Source of the DNA: the human T2T-CHM13v2.0 reference genome, Homo sapiens
DNA: 64,000 bases
Reading direction: 5' to 3' (one strand)
Assembly: GCF_009914755.1 (NCBI RefSeq)
Contig: NC_060927.1
This document shows, in pieces, positions 53,340 through 64,000 of this stretch. Under the pieces are notes generated by a model that saw nothing but the letters and a program-made list of their open reading frames with translations, did no database searches and was not told where the DNA came from. The position numbers and the translations under genes are program-made. Position 1 is the first letter of the stretch; each line of letters opens with the position of its first letter.

Positions 53340-53863
53340 CCCAACATCTTTTGCACACCCTTCCTAATTTGATGACTTTCCCACACAATGAGTCCTGCCT
53401 CCTTAGTCAGGAATCAGACATTGCTTTGCCTGCCTTCCTTGCAGCATGCAACCTAGACTCCACAGGACAGAAACAGCCACACCAAACGTTTTCAGTGGAG
53501 ACAAACATGAAGAAAAATATATCTACTTCTGATAAGGGTGGCAGGGAAGAAAACATCCTACTTTCAGGGGCTGCTGTAACAGAAATTATGGAACTTATAG
53601 CCCAGCATTATGATGTGACTTATGGAGTCTCTGTATAGTTGCAGTAGCTACTGGCAGTGGGTGGAGGTGGCAAATGGATGGGGTTGTCCTTAGATAAGTC
53701 TTGTGGGAGAGGCTGGATTCTTCTTGACTATAGGCTCTCAGCTGACTCTCTAAATATCCTTGAGATTCTATGAACTGTCTGATTTCCTTAAATAAATTCC
53801 TGTTCTTTTTCAACCACCTAAAGAGGATTATGTTGTTTGTAACTAAGGAGCCTAAGACAGATA
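53340..53863 (+). mobile_element. Old ERVL-type LTR (LTR16/LTR33/LTR40-like; subfamily uncertain)
   Basis: 3' end aataaattcctgttc...gttgtttgtaactaaggagcctaagacagata resembles the old ERVL LTR terminus. Confidence 0.5.
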
Positions 53864-54110
53864 GCAAGTGTTACCATAAAGAAAAAAGAAAACAACCACA
53901 AAAAGAAGATTAATACCTTTTTTGTGACATTCAGCTATAGTAAAAATAAACATTTGATCTAGAACAAAGAAATCAGCATGACTGTTGACAAATTTACTTT
54001 AGCAGACATAACATCAAACTGCTACCACACACTCATACTATCCCAAAGGTATGGCTAATTTTAAAAATACATCAGAGAATTAAAAAATCTTGATAGCAAC
54101 CTGAACATAC

Positions 54111-54267
54111 CATCCTTATCAGCAGTGTCTTGTGGCTTTGATTTTAAGGTGAAGATCTTCCGTAGCTTACAGTTAGCTGAGACAACAATTCCATCCAATG
54201 ACTGGAAAACTGCCCCCTTGAATATTTCACTGGTGAATGCTACTAAGTCAATGCATAGATTGCACCA
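54111..54267 (-). CDS. CFAP20DC: CFAP20DC internal coding exon (157 nt), end of the CFAP20/BUG22-like domain: [52 protein letters not shown]
   Basis: Minus strand reads ctattttag|TGGTGC...AAGGATG|gtatgt; 52 codons plus 1 nt, no stop. The motif W..L...ANCKLRKIF resembles the CFAP20 fold C-terminus. It splices in phase to the exon at 25126. It is too short for the ORF track. Gene name is recognised from the peptide from memory. Confidence 0.92.
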
Positions 54268-57200
54268 CTAAAATAGAGAGATGCAAAGAAGAGTAAGGAC
54301 CTTTCATCAACACATAAATGAACAAACCATCTATATGTAGACATTCAAAGAGTTGAGGCAGTTATCCTGATCAACAAGCCCCAAACTAATTTTCCTCTTT
54401 AGGTAAACTTATCTCTGTTTTGGCTTAAAAACTGACTTGATCTTTCCAAAGAAATCACCATAATTCTAAATTACACATTGGTCATCTGACTACAGAATTC
54501 CCATCATGAGACAAGACTATGACAACTTTGGGAAATAACTCTCTATCTGTAGGCAGTATGCCAGCAGGAAGCTAATTGCAGGTGTGTTAGACCAGTGACA
54601 TCTTGAAAATCAGAGATAAGTAGCCAATTGTTCCTTCAAGGGGACTAATTTGATCACAATTAGCCACTCGTATTTGTTGAAAAAGGCATGGATGAAATTA
54701 GAAGCTGGGTTTAAATTATGGTCAGTGCTGTCTACTTATAACCAATTAACCTATTGTACGGAAACAGATTCTTCTAAAGAATTTGTAATTATGCTGGGTA
54801 TTTGCCAGTTTTTAAAGTACTCTTGCAGGGACTAATTTCTGCGCATTAAATAATTAGGCCCCTCAATACTTCATCAAATGAATTTTCTGAATGGTTAAAG
54901 AAAATGAAAAAAAATCATTTGGCAAGAAACAAAGACATATTTAAGACTGTAGGACAAAAGCCAGAAAAATAATTTTTGAAATGAAAAGTAGTATTAAAGT
55001 TTTATGTGCTTCTTTTAAAATATTGGGCTCTTCCATTATTTGTTTAGAAGCAAGGTTTACATAAGGTCCTGTATATATAAATATATATATATATATTTTT
55101 TTTCTTTTTTTTAAAGACAAATCTTATATATCTAGGAATGCTGATTTTAATATGGAGGTGAACCTTAGGTTGCTTCCACAGTAGAAAAAGTAAAAGAGAC
55201 CGAAATACATTATTTATTAAATACATGAAGAGTATTTTCTATGTAGATGTCTCAACAGTAAAATTACATTTGCAGGCTGTGGCAACGCTCTGGTCTTTGT
55301 GGAGAGAGGAGCCTGGTGTCAGCAAAGGCAGCAGGTAAACTGAGAGTCAAGTAATAGTGTGATTGGCTTGACTGGCAGAATGGTGAACACTGGAGCGGAA
55401 TGAAGTAATGTAAGATGGCCCAGTGAGGCCAGGTTTCAGAGCATCTGGAGAGGGTAAAGCATCACTGCGGTTCTTTACAAAAGAATGTGCAAAAGCAGAG
55501 TGTTGAGAAGTTCGGACTAACCATGATGCAGGAATATTTTGAGGTGGGAGATGGGGTTGGGCGGGGGAATGAGGCAGAATGGAGAGCACCAAGGCACAGA
55601 AAGACTAGTTTGGTCCCTGTCAGTCATCTAAACACGAAGTGAGGAGGGCTGGCTAGGAAGCTTATGTAGGAAGTAGAGTGTAAGGGACAAATCCAGTAGA
55701 TACGCCACAGAGTGGAACACTGTGGCTTGGTGAAATGCAGGTTATAGGGGATGGAAGTGTTGGGGTTTCTAGATATCCAATCATAATTATTAACCTTATT
55801 ATAATATTAGCATTATTATTGTTGTATAAACGTGGTTCCTAGTCCTAAAAGACTTCTTATCATGCCCCAATCTCAACCATTCAGCTGGTTCATCAGTCAG
55901 CAATTCCAGTGACCCATTCTTCCCCACACATACTAAGTACCTATCATGTGTTAGACTCTGGGCTTGGCTCCAGGGGTACAGACATAAATAAGAGAGTCCT
56001 TTCAGTCTGGGAAGGAAGGCAGACATGTGGTATCTACCCAATACAGTTACTACTGAGGGGGCTCATGGTGGGTATGTGGGGAGGCTTAGGAAAGCTTTAT
56101 TTGAAAAAAACATTTTAAAAATTGTATTATGGTATTATATGCAAATATAAGCCAGATAGCACCAAAAGTTTGATACGAAATACAGTTCTTTGTCACCCTA
56201 CCCCTCATCTAATCATACTGTCAACTCATTTAACTGTTTCTTCCCTCTGTATTTTAAAGTAATGCCTCTTGATTCATCAATTTTGGACACTATCTACTGA
56301 CTTCCTAATATGGTAGATAAGACTTAGCTAGCTAATACCCTGCTTCCCCTACTTCATCCTCCCTGGATAATTATTTGTTCTCTCATTTGCTCTCATTTTT
56401 TCCCTCAACATCCATATTCTGTGTTTTCTTTCTTGTGGCCATGTAAATACTGTATACATCTGAGCCAAGTGGCTCTCTATGATTACCTTTTCCTTCCTTA
56501 TACAACTTTAAAAACATTTTTGCAGTTAACCATTGTTTTTTAATATTATCTGCTTTATTTTCTTTGACTCTAAGTCTTCCCATCTAGGAAAGACTTGGAG
56601 GTGACATCTGAGTTTGGTTTTGAGCAACAAATACATTTTCCAGGCCCAGCATGGCATGGACATGACATGCTGGGGATTTCTTCTCAGGATCCTGCCCCTT
56701 TATTACCTGTTTAGACCATCTCCAGCTGGTTACACCACCAGCTCTGCTTGGGAGTCAGTTCCAACCTCCTTCAAAAACTCTGAGTCCTAAGAAACCAGAT
56801 CCTTACCCACTGTACACTTTTCTTATCCATCATGGTCACGCTCCTTTTATTCTGTCAACCTGGACTCATGCTTCATGGAATGTACTAAACAAATAAGGGT
56901 ATGCATATGTGTGTGTGTGTATGAACACATTAAGATGTGTGTGTATGTGCACTGACTGTGGGCATTGAGTATATGTGTACATGCCTACACACATACACTC
57001 AATCTTTCATTTAATAATCATTCAAGAAATAAATGGCTGGGAATTGATAACTTTATTTAATGAATCAATTTCCTGGGAAAACAGATGGGGGTGGTTTCTA
57101 AAAAAGATGGAAATAACTTTCACAAATCCCCCTTGGCTAGAGGAAACAGAAATTATTTTTTGATTTAGCTGATATTGATAAAGCTTCCAATACTCATATG

Positions 57201-59109
57201 CTTCAACAAATAACTCATTGTTCATATAAATGCTGTGATATATTTTCTGAAGTATTGGAGAAGTGTATAAACTCTCTACTACCAACAGGTGGATTATCTG
57301 AGTTACAGCTGAACTTTATAAAATATTATTTTCAATATTCTTGATGATATTCACTCTTAAAAGTCCCTTTTTGACATTTTTCTTGATCTCTAATTACTAT
57401 ATTTCTATGTACAACTCTATCCAGCAGGAAATAACTTGATCTAAAATATCTATAATTATTGGTCCTTAAGAAGTATGTACCAGAAAGACAGAAATCTGAT
57501 AGAGAAAAGACAGTTCTATTTAGTATGTTGCTTGGATTAATAAGTCAGTTTATGCTATTTATTTCCAGCATAAAGGAGTTGGCTGGCAAAGGGTGACAGA
57601 ATGATTCAAAGCATGAATTTCTAGTTTTTACTAACTCATGTTTGGAATATGGCTTTATTATACTGTTGAAAGGAATGCAAATTCTGTGAACACACACACA
57701 CACACCCCACAAGTTCTGGTGCATGAAATAATAAATCCTTGGGAGCATATTTTTGATTCCCTATGCTCCTATTCTCTGCCATTACTATAGAAAAGATCTC
57801 AAGAAATTAGTTACATTTGTTAGTGCAGAAAAAGCCTGTTTTACTAACAGTGCACAGTTCTAGCCAGCGCTGTCCTTCCAAAAGGAAATGACAAACAAGA
57901 AACCACAATTTCATACCCTGGCAATCCTAAAGTACATCTCTTCCCAGAGTTTTAGAACCTCATTCTGTTTTCTCACTCCCATAATGGTATACAGAGACCA
58001 GGGTCTTATGATGTTTATTCTTGTGTCTTTAAAAATAATTTTTCACTTTAGTTATAATTTCTCGATAGAAAATCAGCTTACAATGACCTTATTCATCCCT
58101 ATTACTATATTGTGTTTAATAAGTGGTATAAGCAGAGATTGAAATTGTAATTCTATATTTACAAGGTTAGAAGAAGCAATTACCTATTACTAATGTATTA
58201 AAAACAATTTCCCTAGGAAAAGCAAATCATGACAAGTCCTTCTATGGAGAGAGGAGAGGAGAGGAAGGAAAGCTGGGGCTGCCAGAGCTGCCAGACCTTG
58301 CTCTTGGCTGAACCAAGAAAGGGCAAGTTTCTTGCAGAAGTATTGTCACAATACCTGTTCAGCAATCCATGTGTACCTCCCAATTCCTACCCACATGGAG
58401 CAAACTATCTCTTACTGAAATCATAGTTTCATACTCAAGCCACTCTTTCACCATGCTCCCTAAAATTCTTACTTACGAAAAGTACTTACATTCTCTGCAT
58501 TTTTCTAAGAGTCTTAGACACATTACCGTCAGTGAAACATAGCTTTTTTTCTGAGATATTACTTCTCCTTCAACTCTGGAGTTGAAGTTCACTTATGGGG
58601 TCCATTTGTGCTTCTACAGCCCTCTAATTGAGGCCAAGGGGCTGGGAGGCAGTGGGAGAGGGTGTACGTTTCTGACTTGGAATTCTATCATCTTTGAAGT
58701 TCAAGGCATTGCAAAGACAGGCTCTACTACCCTTTTAGCTTCATCAATCTTCATTCAATCACTCCCTGGTCATTCCTGTCACTCCTACAGATGCATCCAC
58801 ACCATCCTCTAATCACATTCCTGAAAAAAGCTGGAACCAGGTTCATCTCATCTTCTAACATCCTGTTCAACATGCTAATGGTCCTTTAACTCTTTTTCCT
58901 TCAAAAACCTGCCTCTCCTCTATTCTGAATCCACTCATAGGGCTACATTCTGAGACTTAACTTCATTATTCTGAAGTCATTCACTTTTAAAATTTTGAAC
59001 TGGACGTTATTTTAATTATCAAGTCACACAGTCTATTTTTTTTTTTAATCTGTTTGGCAACTGCCTCTAGTTAAACCATACTGGCAACTCCTTTGAAATA
59101 TATTCTTCC

Positions 59110-59345
59110 CAGGGATGCAAGAGTCTGGGCTCTGGAGCCAAACTGTCTGGATTTAGGTACTAGCCTCACCACTTACTAGTTACATAATGTTCCCAGTTAC
59201 TGAACCTCTCTGGGCCTCCTTTTCCTCATTTATAAAATGGTGATAATAATGTACATTCCTCATAGAGTTGTTTGGATTAAATATTTAAGTACATGCAAAC
59301 ACTTATAAAAGTACCTGGGACATCATTTGTGCTCAATAAATGTCA
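59110..59345 (+). mobile_element. MIR
   Basis: ggctctggagccaaactg...aacctctctgggcctccttttcctcatttataaaatgg...gctcaataaatg. Confidence 0.8.
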
Positions 59346-60475
59346 ATCACAAAATCTTTCTGGCTTTCATACTATGAAATGCACAGATGTTAAGGATAGA
59401 ATTCAATTAGTTTTGACCACATCATACTCCTGCATACCACCACCCATCAAGACATAGGATGTTTTAATTGCCCCAGACAGATCCTGTGCAGCTTCCCAAA
59501 TAATCTGAGAACTCACCCATCATAGGGGCAACCACTGATTTCTTTCACCTTAGATGATTTGTGTTTGTTCTATAACTTTATATAAATGGAATCACAGTAA
59601 ATGGTGTCTTTCACTCAGCATAATATTTAAGGCTCATGAGTGTTGTGTATATTGGTAGTTTTTTTTTTATTTTGCTGAGTAGTACTCCACTTGGTGAATA
59701 CACCACAATTTGCTCGTTCTTCTGTTTTGAACAGTTAGATTATTTCAAGGTTTTGGCTATTATGAATAAAGCTGTTGTTTATTGGTATCTGTGCCAATAC
59801 CACAGTGTCTTAATTACTTATGCTTTAAACCAAGCCTTGAAATCATGAGGTATAAGTAATTTTTGGAAATTGTTTTGACTATTCTAGGTCTTTTGACTTT
59901 CCATATAAATTTTAGAATTGGTCTGCTAATTTCTGCAAAAACAGCCTGCTGAGATTTCAACTGGAATTAGATTGAATCTACGGATCAATATAGAGAGCAC
60001 TGGCATCTTAACAAACAAATAGTCTTGCAATCCATGAACACAGTATCTCTCTCCATTTATGTAGGTCTTCTTCGATTTCTCTCAGCAGTTCTACAGTTTT
60101 CAATGTAAACATCTATATACATATACATTGTTGAATTTATTCATGAGTATTCAGAGTTTTAATGATATTGTAAATATCTTTAAACCCTGAAATTTTTAAT
60201 TGTTTATTGCTAGTGTATAGAAATACAACTGATTTTGGTATATTGACTTATCTTATATGCTGTCACTCTGCTAAACTCATTTACTCTAGTAGGTTGTTTT
60301 GTTTTTATAGATTCCTTAGAATTGTTTACATAAATGATGACGTTGTTTGCAAAGAAAGTTTTACATTTTCCTTTCCAATCTGTCTATTTTTAATTTTTTA
60401 ATTCTCTTTCTGCATAGGCTGGGTCCTCTAGTCCTCTAATACAATGCTGAATACAAGTGGTTAGGGTGGATATTC

Positions 60476-60795
60476 TTTTTTTTTTTTTTTTTTTTTTTTT
60501 GAGACAGGGCTTTGCTCTGTAGCCCAGGCTGGAGTGTAGTGACATGATCACTGCCAGTGGAGGCTGACTGCAGCCTCCGCTTCCCAGGCTCAGGTGATCC
60601 TCCCACTTCAGCTTCCCAAACAGCTGGGACCACAGCCATAAGCCAACATGTCTGGCTAATTTTAAAAAATTATTTGTAGAGATGGGGGTCTCCATATGTG
60701 GTCCAGGCTGGTCTCGAACTCCTGGGCTCAAACAATCCTCCTGTCTCAACCTCTTAAAGTGTTGGGAATACAGGCATGAGCCACCATGCCCAGCC
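60476..60795 (-). mobile_element. AluJ-type element
   Basis: Poly-T plus diverged Alu; TSD gtggata(t/g)tctt. Confidence 0.92.
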
Positions 60796-62753
60796 ATAGT
60801 GGATAGTCTTGCCTTGTTTCCCATCTTAGGGAGTAAGCAGTCAATATTTTATCGTAAGTGTGATTTAATTGTAGGCTTTTCACAAAGGCCCTTTACCAAG
60901 TTCAAGAAGTTTCCTTCTATTCCTAGTTTAATGTAAATATTTATCATAAAGTGCTCATAAATTTGTTCAAATAATTTCTCTGTATCTATTGAGATAATCT
61001 TACGATTTTCCCCCTTTATTATGCTAATGTGATAAAATTACATTGACTTTCAAATCAAGACCAACCTTGAAATCCTGGAATAAATGCCACTGGATCATGG
61101 TGTTAAGGAGCCATATGTCCACGTTCATGAGGGATACTGATTTATAGCTCTTTTGAGAACTTTTACTATCTTTGTCTGATTTTGTATCAATTACACTGGC
61201 CTGATGTATAAGTTGGGAAATGTTCCTCCTTATTTATTATTTGAGAAAAATGTTTAAAGTTGGTATTATTACTTCCTTAAATTTTAGAAGAATTATCTGT
61301 AAAGCAAACTGGACCTGGATTTTATTTTTTGGAATGTTTTTCAAATTCACTTTCTAAAAATAGTTATAAGGCTATCCACATTTTCTATTTCTTCTAGTAT
61401 CAATTTTAGCAATTTGTGTCTTTAAAAGAATTTTCCCACTTATCTAAGTTGTCAAATTCACTGGCATAAAATTGTTAATAATATTCCTTTAGTTTCCTTT
61501 TTCCCCACTTTCATTCTTGGTATTGGCAATGTGTATGTTCTTTTTTTTCTTGATTAGTCTAGCTAGTGATTTATCACTTTTATTAATCATTTCAAAGAAC
61601 CAATTTTTGGTTTCATTAATTTCTCCATCACCCATTTTTTATTTCATTGAATTATTATTTAATTACTTCTATCTTTCTGTACACATCAGTTTAATTTCCT
61701 TGTTTTTCTACCTTTCTTAGATGCTTATATAATTAATTTTAAGACTTTTTTCTTTTTGAATGTAATCATTAAAAGCTATAAATTTCCCTTTAGGCAGTGA
61801 CTGCTTCAGATACATCCCACACATTTTGGTGTGCTTTATTTTCAATATCATTTAAAATCAGCTATACTGTTTTCTAATATTCTAATTTTTTTTTACATAT
61901 AGATGACTTAGAAGTATGTTACTTTATTTCAAAGTGCTTGGGGATTATCCAATTATCTTTTTTATTGATACATAATTTAATTCCCTTATAGCACAGGGCA
62001 TCCTATGTATGATTTCAATCTTTTAAATTTGTTAAATATGGCCTAACATATCATATATTTTGGTGAATGTCCAATGTGCACTTGAAAATTATGTGTATTC
62101 TGCACTTGTCAGGTGTTCTACAAATGTCAAATAGGTCAGATTGGTAGTGTTTTTCAAGTCTATATCTTTAGTGATTGTCAATTTCTGAGGAAGGAGTCTT
62201 GAAATTTCCAGCTACACTTGCATATTTACCATTCTGTGTTTAGTTTTGTTAGTTTTTGCTTCTTGCATTTTGAAGCTTTGTTATTAGATGTGTGCACATT
62301 TAGCACTGTTATATCTTCTTCATCATTTAACCTCCTTATCATTGTGAAACATCTCTCATTACATAATATTCCTTGTCCTGAAGTCTAATTTGTCTGCTAT
62401 TAGTATACGTACTCTAGCTTTTTTATGATTAGTATTTGCATGGTATATCATCTTACTTTCATCTTTTTATTTGTAACCTGTGTCTTTAGATTTAATGTGC
62501 ACTTTTTATAAATAGCATGCAATTGTCCCTTGCTTTTAATTCAACCTAACAATCTCTGCCTTTTAATTGGAGCATTTAGTCCATTTCCACTTAATATAAT
62601 GACTTTGATACGTTTGAGTTGAAGGCTACCATCTTGCTCTTTGTTTTCAATTTGTCCCATCTGTTCTTTGTTCAGTTCTCTATTCCTACAATCTTTTGGA
62701 TTGAAAACATTTTTTAGCATTCCGTTAACCTCCTCAATTGGCTGACTAGTTAT

Positions 62754-63190
62754 TGCTACGGTTTGGATATGGCTTATTTGGCCCCACCAAGTCTCATGTT
62801 GAAAGTTCGTGCCCAATGTTAGAGATGGGGCCTGGTGGGGGTGTTTGGGTCATGGAGGCAGATCCCTCATGAATGGCTTGGTGCCATTCTCACGGGAGTG
62901 AATGAGTTCTCACTCTTAGTTCTCATGAGAACTGGTTGATGAAAAGAGTCTGACAATGCCTCCTCTTTCTTTCTCTGTCTCCCTTGTTTCAACTCTCACT
63001 ATCTGTGCACAGGCTAGCTCCTCTCCCCCTTCCACCAAGAGTGGATGCAGTCCGAGGCTCTTCCCAGATTCAGATGCCAGTGCCATACTTCTTGTACAGC
63101 CTGAAGAACCATAAGCCAAATAAACCTTTTTTGTTTATAAATTATCCAGCTTCAGATATTCCTTTATAGCAACACAAATGGGCGAAGATA
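62754..63190 (+). mobile_element. MST-family (MaLR) solo LTR
   Basis: tgctacggtttggat...ttcctttatagcaacacaaatgggcgaagata; 5-bp TSD gttat at 62749-62753 and 63191-63195. Confidence 0.88.
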
Positions 63191-63407
63191 GTTATACTTC
63201 TTTGTTCTGTTTTTTTTTCAATCGTTTCATTAGGGTTTGCAATGTGGATCTTTAACTTATCACAATTTAGCTATGTCATATTATCCATGACATAATATTA
63301 GAATATGTCATAGACAAGAAGCTCATAAAAGTATATTACCATCTCCACCACTGTTTGTGTCATTGTCATATATTTTACTTCTACATGTTATAAAATTATA
63401 TATATAT

Positions 63408-63608
63408 GCATCATTCTCCGATCTCAGTCCCCCAAGTAGCTGGGACTACAGGTGTGTGCCACCACACCTGGCTAATTTTTATATTTTTAGTAGAGATGGG
63501 GTTTCGCCATGCTGCCCAGGTTAGTCTTGAATTCCTGAGCTCAGGTAATCCACCCACCTCAGCCTCCCATAGTGCTGGGATTACAGGTGTGAGCCACTGC
63601 ACCCAGCC
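63408..63608 (-). mobile_element. Partial Alu (tail end missing)
   Basis: Left arm plus part of the right arm in reverse orientation. Confidence 0.88.
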
Positions 63609-64000
63609 CCAAAATACATTACTAATTTTGCTTTAAACAATCAAATACTTTTAAACGAATTGTAATAATGAATGATTTCTTTTTAGATTTAGCTATATAT
63701 TTACCATTACTGGCATTCTTTGTTCTTTGATTTAGATCCAAATTTCCATGTAGTATATATAATTTTTTTCAGTTTTGACAACTTCCTTTAATATTTTCGT
63801 AGCATCAGTTTACTGGCAATGGATTCTCTCAGCTTTTTAGTCTGAAAATGTCTTTATTTTGTCCCAATTTTTGAAGAATGTCTTCACTGGCTAAAGAATT
63901 CTAGATTGACAAATACATCCCCCAATCTCCCACCAACTACACCATTCCATTATCTTCTTATTTTATGACAGGAAGTTTATGATGGGAAGTTGGTAACAAG

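Larger units (their letters stand above)
59370..63950 (-). mobile_element. Old L1M fragments (interrupted by two Alus and an MST LTR)
   Basis: Degenerate L1 ORF2 and 3' UTR motifs throughout (ttccatataaattttagaat, gaagtttccttctattcctagttt, aaagctataaatttccct). Confidence 0.75.

Overview
Human (hominoid) genomic DNA containing seven consecutive internal coding exons of a minus-strand gene that I recognise from its peptide as CFAP20DC (C3orf67). The exons are 54267-54111, 25126-24962, 10726-10590, 9907-9745, 8353-8234, 7105-6983 and 4309-3975. All have GT-AG boundaries and compatible phases, and together they give 1200 nt (400 codons) of open frame. The start and end of the gene lie outside the window. 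The rest is intron rich in transposable elements: about 11 Alus including a young AluYb8-lineage copy, L1/L2/MIR fragments, MaLR LTRs, DNA-transposon fossils, and a 26-unit 47-bp minisatellite. A nested block at 28.6-40.6 kb holds a full-length old L1PA inside an L2. That L1 is itself interrupted by a two-LTR THE1 provirus, two Alus and a full-length SVA. The best-supported unusual observation is that the SVA carries a ~0.5 kb 3' transduction of foreign genomic DNA inside its target-site duplication. Other leads are higher-order structure and motif arrays in the VNTR, candidate poison or recursive-splicing micro-exons, a NAGNAG acceptor, and an Alu-flanked 543-nt exon block that would form a stop-free circular ORF. 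I see no evidence for a wholly new biological system. Most short ORFs in the supplied track are repeat-derived or chance ORFs. Repeat subfamily calls are by eye and need RepeatMasker confirmation.
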